This document shows, piece by piece, positions 24,081-32,000 of a stretch of DNA of 32,000 nucleotides (position 1 is the first letter of the stretch; each line of letters begins with the position of its first letter). This DNA comes from Candidatus Poseidoniaceae archaeon (GTDB lineage Archaea; Thermoplasmatota; Poseidoniia; Poseidoniales; Poseidoniaceae). The position numbers and the translations under genes are program-made. The notes beneath the pieces were generated by a model. It searched no databases and was not told the DNA's origin. It saw nothing but the letters and a program-made list of their open reading frames with translations. Location: positions 450,001-482,000 of the forward strand of contig CALSTM010000003.1 of the NCBI GenBank assembly GCA_943789275.1, in the 5' to 3' direction.

Positions 24081-24848
24081 TCAATAGCGAACTTTTTGCC
24101 GTGTGAGCGTACGCCATATGCGTTGCAACGGGTCGTAGTAACGGTCAACAACACGCTCTTTGAGCTGTATGATTGCATCGTCGGTGATTTGGATTCCAGC
24201 CGGACAAACTTCAGTACAGCAACGGGTAATGTTACAGTATTCGATTCCGAATTCCTTCTTGATTTCTGGAACACGGTCTTCAGTGTCCAGAGGGTGCATT
24301 TCATACTGAGCAAGTCGAACGAGGTTTCGTGGTCCTGCAAAGTCATCGAACAGTGCGTGGTCTCTCAATACGTGGCAGGTGTTCACACAAAGGAAACATT
24401 CGATGCATTCACGGAATTGCTGTACTCTGTCTGCTTCCATTTGATTGAACTCCCAGTTCATCTCCTCAGGTCCATTGATTGGCTTGATTTTTTGAGCCAT
24501 CTCGTAATTCCACGAGACATCAGTGACCAAATCTTTGACGTGTGGGAACGCTTTCATGGGTCGAATTTCAATGGGCTTACCCGCAGGTGTCTCAGCAACG
24601 ACATCGCTCATACGTGTCATGCACATCAAACGTGGTCGGCCGTTAATTTCCGCAGAACAGGAACCACATTTTCCAGCTTTACAGTTCCAGCGAACCGCCA
24701 AGTCCGGTTGTTGTTCGTGTTGAATTCGGTGGACACAGTCCAAAACGACCATGCCTTCATCCAGTTCAATGCTGAATTCTTCCAAGGCTGCGTCTTCGCC
24801 TTCGCCTCGGAGAATAGTGAAATCTTGCTTCTTTCCTTTGAGTGACAT
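24081..24848 (-). CDS. sdhB: Succinate dehydrogenase / fumarate reductase iron-sulfur subunit
   Basis: Cluster motifs CKAGKCGSCSAEINGRPRLMC (2Fe-2S), CIECFLCVNTC (4Fe-4S) and CNITRCCTEVCP. The start ATG shares one base with the sdhA TAA (TAATG). Confidence 0.9.
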   Translation of the reverse strand: MSLKGKKQDFTILRGEGEDAALEEFSIELDEGMVVLDCVHRIQHEQQPDLAVRWNCKAGKCGSCSAEINGRPRLMCMTRMSDVVAETPAGKPIEIRPMKAFPHVKDLVTDVSWNYEMAQKIKPINGPEEMNWEFNQMEADRVQQFRECIECFLCVNTCHVLRDHALFDDFAGPRNLVRLAQYEMHPLDTEDRVPEIKKEFGIEYCNITRCCTEVCPAGIQITDDAIIQLKERVVDRYYDPLQRIWRTLTRQKVRY

Positions 24849-26704
24849 TACTTCTCGCCTCCTGCTTGTTCAGCGGCACGTTCAGCAATCATCGACTTCA
24901 CTTCTTTGATTGCGTCTTTCAAGTCGCTTCGCATCTCTTCGACTGGTTCTTGGCGAACTTTAATTTCGCCGTCTTCCATGTAGATGATGTTGAGAATTTT
25001 ACCCCAATCTTCGACTTCGCCGGGGAAATCGTCTCGAGTGTGGCCGCCTCGGCTTTCTTCTCGAGTGAGCGCAGCAAGGGTTGCTGCAATCGATACATCG
25101 ACCATGTTCTTGAGGTCGAGCGCTTGGTGCCATCCGGAATTGTATTTGCGGGAGGAACCTGGGAAACAAGCGGATTGCCGTTGGTCGAATGCTTTCAAAT
25201 CGTCCATTGCTTCTTGCATTTCTTCCTTGGTTCGAATAATACCGACCTTTGCTTGCATCATGTCTCGCATTTCGTCGTAGATGAGGCCTGGATTTTCACC
25301 TTCATTTCTGTGCAAAGGTGCGAGCATCACTTCGATCGCAGATTGCACTTGAGAGTCATCAATGTTCGGTTGGGCCAAGTCTTTCGAACGCTTGGCAGCA
25401 TGCTCTCCAGCTCTCTTTCCGAAGGTAATGAGGTCAGACAACGAGTTCCCTCCGAGTCTGTTTGCACCGTGAAGACCGGACGCTACTTCGCCGCATGCAT
25501 AGAGGCCAGGAACGTTGCTTTCTTGAGTTTCAGCGTCTACACGAACTCCACCCATCACATAGTGTGCAGTTGGTCCGACTTCCATCGGTTCTTTTGAGAT
25601 GTCAACGCCTGCCAATTCTTTGAATTGGTGGTGCATGGACGGTAATTTCTTCAGAATTGCTTCTTCACCTCGGTGTGAGATGTTGAGGAATGCACCGCCG
25701 TGGGGTGAGCCTCGTCCTGCTTTCACTTCGGAATTGATTGCCTTTGCTACAACGTCACGGGTGAGCAATTCAGGGGGTCTTCGTACGGTAGCAAGTTTTC
25801 CAGAAACTACTTCTTCGACCCATTGGTCAGATTCTTCAATGGTTTCTGCGTGGTCACCTGCAAACGTTTCAGGAACGTAATTGAACATGAATCGCTCTCC
25901 TTCGGAATTGGTCAAGCGCCCACCTTCGCCTCGAACTCCTTCGGTAACGAGGATACCTCGGACAGATGGAGGCCACACCATTCCGGTTGGGTGGAATTGG
26001 ACGAACTCCATGTCACGAAGTTCAGCGCCAGCCCATAGGGCAAGAGCGTGTCCGTCTCCGGTGTATTCCCACGAGCCGGAACAAACCGACCAGCAACGGG
26101 TGATTCCACCGGTTGCGAGGATGACAGACTTGCCAGAAAAGGCATGGAAGTCACCGTCAACTCGAGTGTATGCAACGCATCCTGTAACTCTGTCCCCTTC
26201 TTTGAGAAGGTGGCGAACGGTGTACTCCATGAAAATGTCAATGCCTTCGTGAATCCCACGTTCTTGGAGTGTGCGAATAAGTTCCAGACCGGTGGCGTCA
26301 CCAACGTGAGCGAGACGTGGGAAGGTGTGTCCTCCAAAGTTTCGTTGATTGATGGTGTTTTGTGGAGTTCGGTCAAAGACTGCGCCCCACTGTTCAAGTT
26401 CTCGAACACGGTCAGGTGCTTCTTTGGCGTGGAATTCAGCCATTCTCCAGTCGGCAAGCCACTTGCTACCTTTCATGGTGTCGTGGAAGTGAACCTTCCA
26501 ACCGTCTCGTGGGTCAGCGTTCTGCAGAGCTGCTGCACAGCCCCCTTCGGCCATGACTGTGTGTGCTTTCCCAAGCAAGGATTTGGTGATGATCGCGGTT
26601 TTCGCACCGCTTCGTGCTGCTTCAATCGCTGCACGTAGTCCAGCGCCACCAGCTCCAATGACAATGACGTCGTATTCGTATTTCTTGTATTCTTCAGTCA
26701 TCAT
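24848..26704 (-). CDS. sdhA: Succinate dehydrogenase / fumarate reductase flavoprotein subunit
   Basis: [16 protein letters not shown] dinucleotide fold. Also [18 protein letters not shown] and RLGGNSL, as in SdhA/FrdA. The ATG at 26704 is preceded by GAGGTGG. The track ORF begins at a TTG at 26722. Confidence 0.9.
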   Translation of the reverse strand: MMTEEYKKYEYDVIVIGAGGAGLRAAIEAARSGAKTAIITKSLLGKAHTVMAEGGCAAALQNADPRDGWKVHFHDTMKGSKWLADWRMAEFHAKEAPDRVRELEQWGAVFDRTPQNTINQRNFGGHTFPRLAHVGDATGLELIRTLQERGIHEGIDIFMEYTVRHLLKEGDRVTGCVAYTRVDGDFHAFSGKSVILATGGITRCWSVCSGSWEYTGDGHALALWAGAELRDMEFVQFHPTGMVWPPSVRGILVTEGVRGEGGRLTNSEGERFMFNYVPETFAGDHAETIEESDQWVEEVVSGKLATVRRPPELLTRDVVAKAINSEVKAGRGSPHGGAFLNISHRGEEAILKKLPSMHHQFKELAGVDISKEPMEVGPTAHYVMGGVRVDAETQESNVPGLYACGEVASGLHGANRLGGNSLSDLITFGKRAGEHAAKRSKDLAQPNIDDSQVQSAIEVMLAPLHRNEGENPGLIYDEMRDMMQAKVGIIRTKEEMQEAMDDLKAFDQRQSACFPGSSRKYNSGWHQALDLKNMVDVSIAATLAALTREESRGGHTRDDFPGEVEDWGKILNIIYMEDGEIKVRQEPVEEMRSDLKDAIKEVKSMIAERAAEQAGGEK

Positions 26705-26711
26705 TCCCACC

Positions 26712-27527
26712 TCAAATAACAAACAGCGCCATATCGCTCAAATAGCCTTCACTGACTGCCAAAACCCACAGGTCGCCAAAGAAAACGAAGGTAAGTGATG
26801 TCCAAAACCAGAACCCGTGGGAACGGTTGAGGATGCTGATGCTTCCAAACAATTTGCCCCGTAGTCGGCTGATGCCGGTTGTCCAGCGGTCCAATGCGCC
26901 ACCAGCAAGGTGACGTAGAGCGTGACAAGAAGTAACGTACATGGTGAGAAGGAATGCTTCAACCGCCATCACCAGCGTACCAAGTGACATGCCCCATCCG
27001 TCGTCAAAATGCAAAGTGTGGGTAACATCCCACCACTTGATGACCAGAATAATCATGGCCGCATAGAGGAAATAGCGGTGGAGGTTGTTGAAGATGAAAA
27101 GACGCTTTTCGCCCTTGTAACCGAGTTTTTTGTTGATTTCTGGTTCATCAACCCAGCACGCCACAGGGCTGGCAAAGAAGGTACGGTAGTAGACTCGGCG
27201 CATGTAGTAGCAGGTGCCTCGGAATCCAAAGGGAATCCACAGAACGAGAACTGCAGCGTTGACCCAACTTGGAGCATCCGTCTCTCCCCATTCTTTTAGT
27301 CCAAATAATTCCCATTCGAGAACGTTCGGTGAGAAGATCGGTGACATGACTTTTGAGCCTTCCAGTTCGTATGAAATCGATTCCGGGAAAAGGAACAATC
27401 GCCATGCAGTGTAGAGCATTGCAGCAGTAAGGCCCAGGCCCATTGCGATTGGTTTGTTGAGCCAGTTATCGATACGATTTGTACGACCCAGTCCGTTCAA
27501 GACTGGTAATTTAATGCCTTCACCCAT
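26712..27527 (-). CDS. Single large hydrophobic membrane-anchor subunit of SDH, non-canonical (about 270 aa, five hydrophobic segments)
   Basis: It lies directly upstream of sdhA, with its stop 7 nt before the sdhA ATG. It has five hydrophobic segments and the motifs [10 protein letters not shown] and VTSCHALRH. The ATG at 27527 follows GGTGA; alternative GTG at 27536. Confidence 0.6.
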   Translation of the reverse strand: MGEGIKLPVLNGLGRTNRIDNWLNKPIAMGLGLTAAMLYTAWRLFLFPESISYELEGSKVMSPIFSPNVLEWELFGLKEWGETDAPSWVNAAVLVLWIPFGFRGTCYYMRRVYYRTFFASPVACWVDEPEINKKLGYKGEKRLFIFNNLHRYFLYAAMIILVIKWWDVTHTLHFDDGWGMSLGTLVMAVEAFLLTMYVTSCHALRHLAGGALDRWTTGISRLRGKLFGSISILNRSHGFWFWTSLTFVFFGDLWVLAVSEGYLSDMALFVI

Positions 27528-27588
27528 GGTTTTCACCGGCCGCCTTGCAGGCTGCTTACCTCTTGGATACCCTCGGGGTCTTTGAGGT

Positions 27589-28212
27589 TCACTCTTGACT
27601 CACCTGTCGTTCAAAGAACGAAAACCCGTCATCAAAGACGGTTTCATTGGCCCAGTATGTCTTGGATTGCCATGCCAACACACCGTTCGGAGCAATGACT
27701 TGGAGCGTTGGAGTGCCTGGGTTGCCGTATGCTGAGTAGATGGATGCACCTGTGCTCTTTTCTGTGTTGAAATCAGCTGCTTGTGTCAGTTCAGAAGGCG
27801 TAACGATGGTCCATGGAGTGTAGTGTTCTGATTGGTTGGCTGTTCCAAACACATTTTCGATGTCGTCTTTGGTTTCAAATTCTCCCCAGCGGTGAACACT
27901 GACGATGGTCATGTTTGAGTCTTCGAAAGCACCCTGTTCCATTTTCTCTCGGATCATGTCTGTCCAATCGTGGCAACCGGTACATCCTGCACCAATCCAC
28001 AACAGCATGACAGGACCGTTTTCGAGTTCCTGTTTGAGGTCGAACTCAGGAGTGCCGTCTTCTTCTCGGTCCAAAGTGTCGGCTGAGAACGTAAGTTCGA
28101 AAGGAATTTGGTTGAGGTTCGAGGATTCATCTTCAACCATTGAGTCTGGTTGTACGCATCCTGCAAGGAACATCATTGCCGTAAGGCAAGCGAGTAGAGT
28201 TTCACGCAGCAT
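27589..28212 (-). CDS. Thioredoxin-fold thiol-disulfide oxidoreductase lipoprotein (TlpA/ResA-like)
   Basis: Signal peptide with lipobox MLRETLLACLTAMMFLAGC. CxxC motif WIGAGCTGCHDW. The ATG at 28212 overlaps the crtI stop region by 11 nt; alternative GTG at 28221. Confidence 0.7.
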   Translation of the reverse strand: MLRETLLACLTAMMFLAGCVQPDSMVEDESSNLNQIPFELTFSADTLDREEDGTPEFDLKQELENGPVMLLWIGAGCTGCHDWTDMIREKMEQGAFEDSNMTIVSVHRWGEFETKDDIENVFGTANQSEHYTPWTIVTPSELTQAADFNTEKSTGASIYSAYGNPGTPTLQVIAPNGVLAWQSKTYWANETVFDDGFSFFERQVSQE

Positions 28213-29836
28213 GACCGTCACCAGTCGTTCGTTGATTCGCCTGAGCCGGCTTCGCTGTTGTCGCTTTGACCTTTGGTCTGCGGACGTCTTGGAACCAAGA
28301 GTCTACGCCGTTCCAATCTGGGCGCATTCCGAGGTCAGCAAGCAAAAGTTTACTGCTGATTCGTGCGCTTTCAAAGATGGTTGGTAGTCCACTGCCAGGG
28401 TGTGTTCCGCCACCGACGATGTAGAGGTTGTTGGCCTCTTCGAATCGGTTTTGAGGACGTCGCCACAGCATTTGCTTGAGGTCGTGCGTGAGGTTGAAAA
28501 CAGCTCCACGGTAGATGTCCGATGCACCCCAGTCATCTGGAGTAACGACGGTCTCTGAGACAATGTGGTCCGAAATGTCGTCGTATCCCAATTTACCAAG
28601 TTGCTTGATAATGGTGTCTCTGTAGTCAGCTTTGATGTCATCCCAGACAATGGTGTCATGGGTGTTTGGAACTGGAACCAGAACATACACGGTAGAATGG
28701 CCTTCAGGAGCGAGGCTGTCATCGGTAATGCTTGCGTTTTGAACATAGACCGACGGATCATCCCAAGTCAACTTGTGGTTGGTGATGTCGTGGAGGTTCT
28801 TTTCGTAGGATGAAGATGCGTAAATCTGGTGGTGTGGTAAATCGTATTGCTTGTCAACGCCGAGGTAGAGCATGAAAGTGGAACAAGAATATCCCTTCTT
28901 TTCGAGTTTCTTATTTGACCACTTCTTTCGCTTCTCGTTTGGAACCAATGTGGTCATTGCATGAGCGAAGTCGGCGTTAACGACAACTTTGTCGACACGG
29001 ATTTCTTCGCCCTCTATGCGTGCACCGACCACATTCTTTCCTTCATAGATCAGGGAAGTTACGGGTGTATTGCATCGAATGGTAACACCCATTTCTTCGG
29101 CAATCTCTCCCATGCGCTTGGTGATGCTTCCCAAGCCACCCTTGGCGTGGAAAATACCGTGTTCGTACTCAAGGAACGCAAGAATCGTGAACAAGGAGGG
29201 TGCATGAAACGGGCTCATGCCCAGATACTTGGTTTGAAACGACATAGCGAGTCGGACTCGTTCGTCATCGAAGTGCTTGCTCAAATCACCAGCAACACTG
29301 GCCCAAGGCTTGAGGATGGTGGCAACCCGTATTGCTCGTTTCGAGAGGACATTGAGCGGGCTGGTCCATGGCGTTTGGAGGCATTGCTTGGAGAATTCGA
29401 GTTTCTTTCTGTTTTGCAAAACATACTTTTCGAATCCCTTTGCGTTTTTATCTCCTGCGAGTTCACGTATGCGTTCGGTCATTTCATCCAGTTTGCTGGT
29501 TGCATCAATGTGCCCACCAGCACCGAAGACGAGGCGATACATTGGGTCCAACGGCATGAGCCCAAGTTCCTTGTGAGCATCTCGACCGATGGCCTTGAAG
29601 ATTTCTTCAATAACTTCAGGGTAATGGAAGAATGTTGGTCCACGGTCAAATGTGTATCCGTCTTTGTGTACAAGCTTGGTTCGTCCACCGACTATTTCTT
29701 CCTTCTCGAGAATGGTTACGTCTACGCCTGAATGGGCGAGCAGTAAAGCACTTGCGAGGCCACCCGGGCCGGAGCCTACAATGAGTGCAGTCGGTTTCTT
29801 GGTTTGAATCATGTTGCGAAGTAAGTGGTTCAGCAT
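28202..29836 (-). CDS. crtI: CrtI-family FAD-dependent desaturase (phytoene desaturase-like)
   Basis: N-terminal ALIVGSGPGGLASALLLAHSGVDVTILEKEEIVGGR...DRGPT. C-terminal LYIVGGGTHPGSGLPTIFESA. The roughly 540-aa length is typical of the CrtI family. Confidence 0.8.
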   Translation of the reverse strand: MLNHLLRNMIQTKKPTALIVGSGPGGLASALLLAHSGVDVTILEKEEIVGGRTKLVHKDGYTFDRGPTFFHYPEVIEEIFKAIGRDAHKELGLMPLDPMYRLVFGAGGHIDATSKLDEMTERIRELAGDKNAKGFEKYVLQNRKKLEFSKQCLQTPWTSPLNVLSKRAIRVATILKPWASVAGDLSKHFDDERVRLAMSFQTKYLGMSPFHAPSLFTILAFLEYEHGIFHAKGGLGSITKRMGEIAEEMGVTIRCNTPVTSLIYEGKNVVGARIEGEEIRVDKVVVNADFAHAMTTLVPNEKRKKWSNKKLEKKGYSCSTFMLYLGVDKQYDLPHHQIYASSSYEKNLHDITNHKLTWDDPSVYVQNASITDDSLAPEGHSTVYVLVPVPNTHDTIVWDDIKADYRDTIIKQLGKLGYDDISDHIVSETVVTPDDWGASDIYRGAVFNLTHDLKQMLWRRPQNRFEEANNLYIVGGGTHPGSGLPTIFESARISSKLLLADLGMRPDWNGVDSWFQDVRRPKVKATTAKPAQANQRTTGDGHAA

Positions 29837-29981
29837 ATAAATGGCCGTTTGCGTCCTTGAAATTTGTGAAGGTTTTTGAGGGTCCTATGAAGCCGACCGA
29901 ATTGGCATCAACATTGGTCAAAAAGCATGATAAGGGTCCCCTTTGTGGACCAACTACAGCCTTAGGTTGGTGGGTGAAATT

Positions 29982-31232
29982 ATGTCCGATTGGAGTGCAA
30001 AGAATCCTTACATGACTGAAATTACTGAGAACTATGTTCTCAACGGCGAAGGTTCCCGTAAAGAAACTCGTCACATTGTCTTCGCACTTGGTGACTCTGG
30101 TCTTGATTACAAAGTCGGCGATGCTCTTGGAGTCATGTCGGAGAATCCACCGCACATCGTCGAAGAAATTCTTGAACTTCAAGGATGGGACCGTGACTAT
30201 ACAGTGGAGACCCACAACGGAGAGCGTGACCTGTATACGGCTTTGAAGAAAGACTTTGAAGTCCACATGGCGAACAAGAAGTTTGTTCAATCGCTTGCAG
30301 GCAAGGTCGTCTCCTCAGGAATGAAAATTTCTTTGAAGATCGTGGCCCGAAGCCGTTCAAGCGAGGACTGGGAATCTTCTGACTCCTCCGCTACGCCTCC
30401 CGGACTTGCTGCCAGCAAGGCATCTGACGACCCAGCAGCAAAGGTCGAAGCGCTTCTTGGTGACGAAAAAGAGATTGAAAACTACCTTTGGACAAGGGAT
30501 TACGTTGACATCATGCGAGAGTTCGGTGTTAAGTATTCTCCAGAGGAATTCCTTGATTTGGTCGCCCGACTCAAGCCGAGACTGTATTCCATCGCCTCTT
30601 CCCATGATGCTCACCCAGGATTAGTGGAATTGACCGTCGGAATTGTTCGCTTTGAATACCACAACCGTGCCCGAGGTGGCCTTTGCACACAGTACATGGC
30701 TGACGAAATTGAAGCAACTGGTAACCAAATCGGTGTCTTCATGTCTCCAACGAAATCGTTCATTCTTCCTGAAGATAAGGACACTGACATCATCATGGTT
30801 GGCCCTGGAACCGGAATTGCTCCGTTTAGAGCGTTCATGGAACAGCGTGTCTTCGATGGCGGCAAAGGCCGGAACTGGTTGTTCTTTGGAGACCAATCTT
30901 CCAAGACTGAGTTTTACTACAAGGAACAAATTGAAGGCTGGATGGACAGCGGGGACTTGTACAAATTCACAACAGCTTGGTCACGTGACCAAGAAGAAAA
31001 GATCTACGTCCAACATCGTCTCAAAGAACACGGTGCAGACATTTGGCAATGGTTTGAGGACGGTGCTTACTTCTACATTTGTGGTGATAAGACCTACATG
31101 GCCAAAGACGTGCATCGAGCACTCATTGAGATTGCAATGGAACACGGTGGAATGTCTGAAGACGATGCGACTCACTTCATTGGTACAACCATGATGAGAG
31201 AAGAAAAGCGATACTTACGAGACGTGTACTGA
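29982..31232 (+). CDS. CysJ/CPR-like FAD- and NADPH-binding flavoprotein, without the flavodoxin (FMN) domain
   Basis: PRLYSIASS, GPGTGIAPFRAF, YVQHRL, FYICGD and a C-terminal RYLRDVY. The ATG follows GGTGA at 4 nt. The N-terminus starts directly in the FAD-binding domain. Confidence 0.75.
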   Translation: MSDWSAKNPYMTEITENYVLNGEGSRKETRHIVFALGDSGLDYKVGDALGVMSENPPHIVEEILELQGWDRDYTVETHNGERDLYTALKKDFEVHMANKKFVQSLAGKVVSSGMKISLKIVARSRSSEDWESSDSSATPPGLAASKASDDPAAKVEALLGDEKEIENYLWTRDYVDIMREFGVKYSPEEFLDLVARLKPRLYSIASSHDAHPGLVELTVGIVRFEYHNRARGGLCTQYMADEIEATGNQIGVFMSPTKSFILPEDKDTDIIMVGPGTGIAPFRAFMEQRVFDGGKGRNWLFFGDQSSKTEFYYKEQIEGWMDSGDLYKFTTAWSRDQEEKIYVQHRLKEHGADIWQWFEDGAYFYICGDKTYMAKDVHRALIEIAMEHGGMSEDDATHFIGTTMMREEKRYLRDVY

Positions 31233-31235
31233 TTC

Positions 31236-31724
31236 TCATTCGAGTCCATCTGTGGGCAAAGGGACACTTGTTACTGGGATGCCGCTCTCGATGGCGCGTT
31301 CTTCCATACGTTTTGTCCACACCGAATCCGGTCCGGGGAACGAAAGCATGTGCGTGGCTCGCCCAAGCATTGTCTTGGCCAGTGTTGCTACTGCTTCAGG
31401 TCGTCCGGAATCATGGGCAGAACTTGGTCGAGGAGCATTCCATGCTTCGCTAAACACAGCTAATCGGATGTTGTTGTTATCTGCCCATCGCTCAGCCAGA
31501 TAATCGACACCACTGGCTCCACCGAGGATGATTAAATCGGGGTAGGCATTTGCCTCAACCCACTGCTCCAATTTATCTTCAAGCCAGGCATAATCATAGA
31601 ATTTGGAGTTACCGCAAATGACTAAATTCACGATACGTCCATCTCTGTTCAAATCTTTTCCTGCTAACTGGTCGAGCGCCTCGGCTCCGGTTTGGGGTTT
31701 CTGCGACATGATTCCACATCGCAT
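31236..31724 (-). CDS. DUF2493/YspA-like SLOG-domain protein
   Basis: VNLVICGN...DLIILGGASGVDYLAERWA follows the Rossmann-like GGxxGxD pattern of the SLOG/DUF2493 family. An alternative ATG at 31709 sits about 24 nt from a TATA-like tttgatatgatatg. Confidence 0.55.
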   Translation of the reverse strand: MRCGIMSQKPQTGAEALDQLAGKDLNRDGRIVNLVICGNSKFYDYAWLEDKLEQWVEANAYPDLIILGGASGVDYLAERWADNNNIRLAVFSEAWNAPRPSSAHDSGRPEAVATLAKTMLGRATHMLSFPGPDSVWTKRMEERAIESGIPVTSVPLPTDGLE

Positions 31725-31910
31725 TCATATCATATCAAATTTCCGCCACCTTTTCTTGAAAATGACTCCAAAAGAGAAACTATCTGCCGGAATTCGGTCA
31801 TTTACGACGGTTGGCGGTGAATTTGCCGATAAAAAGACCCTCCGAAAAAAGCCTCTTTTGTATCGTATTGAACCGTTGGCATCATAGAGTAATTGCTCTT
31901 CGAGTCGAAC

Positions 31911-32000
31911 ATGGCATTCAAGCGTGTACTCATTGCGAACCGTGGTGAAATTGCTCTTCGAATACTTCGAACTCTACGCGACATGGGCATCGAGGCAGCG
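31911..32000 (+). CDS. accC: Biotin carboxylase (acetyl-CoA or pyruvate carboxylase subunit), N-terminal 30 codons, 3' end cut by the window edge
   Basis: This ORF is not in the supplied track because it is too short. From the ATG at 31911 it reads [30 protein letters not shown], the canonical biotin-carboxylase N-terminus (ANRGEIA). Confidence 0.7.
   Translation, partial: MAFKRVLIANRGEIALRILRTLRDMGIEAA

Noticed and set aside
24096-25597. Very long plus-strand ORFs lie antisense to sdhB (24096..24845, 249 aa) and sdhA (24842..25597, 251 aa). There are similar ones at 26048..26638 over sdhA and 28961..29731 over crtI.
   Set aside because: All four are in the codon-aligned antisense frame of well-supported genes; I checked the phases by modulo 3. 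In that frame, stops arise only from sense codons TTA, CTA and TCA. Absence of those codons, i.e. codon bias, therefore keeps the frame open. The translations are low-complexity and motif-free.
29646-30290. A 214-aa minus-strand ORF bridges the crtI start, the divergent spacer and the CysJ-like gene.
   Set aside because: It overlaps two well-supported genes and the promoter region. Its translation is unremarkable.
1-32000. A search by eye for tRNA, rRNA, CRISPR repeats, transposase or integrase genes, long terminal or inverted repeats, and defence-system signatures.
   Set aside because: None was found. Every spacer longer than 100 bp (10793-10915, 13059-13188, 17439-17593, 23132-23307, 23572-23672, 29837-29981, 31725-31910) reads as promoter or terminator sequence, with no cloverleaf-like or arrayed repeat structure. 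A computational scan (tRNAscan, Infernal, repeat finders) would be needed to be certain.

Overview
This window is a densely coded chromosomal segment with about 26 protein-coding genes and short or absent intergenic spacers. By eye I found no rRNA, tRNA, CRISPR array, transposase, integrase or obvious prophage or defence genes. The gene content is archaeal: an Hjc Holliday-junction resolvase, the chromatin protein MC1, a DacZ-type diadenylate cyclase and a Sec11-type signal peptidase. The streamlined layout and two giant surface-protein genes suggest a marine planktonic euryarchaeon (MGII/Poseidoniales-like); that placement is inference only. Gene order is: folC (5' partial), dCMP deaminase, a secreted PI-PLC-X-like phosphodiesterase, an Lhr-type helicase, giant surface protein 1 (about 1695 aa), a small 2-TM protein plus signal peptidase, an RNase-H-fold protein placed divergently to hjc, an M50 site-2 protease, an orphan protein, macro domain plus dacZ, giant surface protein 2 (about 1750 aa), a RAM-domain protein, MC1, then a long minus-strand run (crtI-family desaturase, thioredoxin-like lipoprotein, SDH anchor, sdhA, sdhB, DoxX), a CysJ-like flavoprotein, a DUF2493/SLOG protein and the first 30 codons of a biotin carboxylase. 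I see no recognisable defence or mobile system. The best candidates for new biology are: (1) giant protein 2, where a TIGR03790-like domain appears split by PA14, LamG and CBM-like modules and the protein ends in a Trp-rich cytoplasmic tail; (2) an SDH operon with a single non-canonical Cys/His-bearing anchor plus DoxX; (3) a translationally coupled macro-domain/DacZ pair; (4) a small 2-TM protein coupled to an insert-bearing signal peptidase next to giant protein 1. All domain calls come from reading motifs in the translations. No searches were run.
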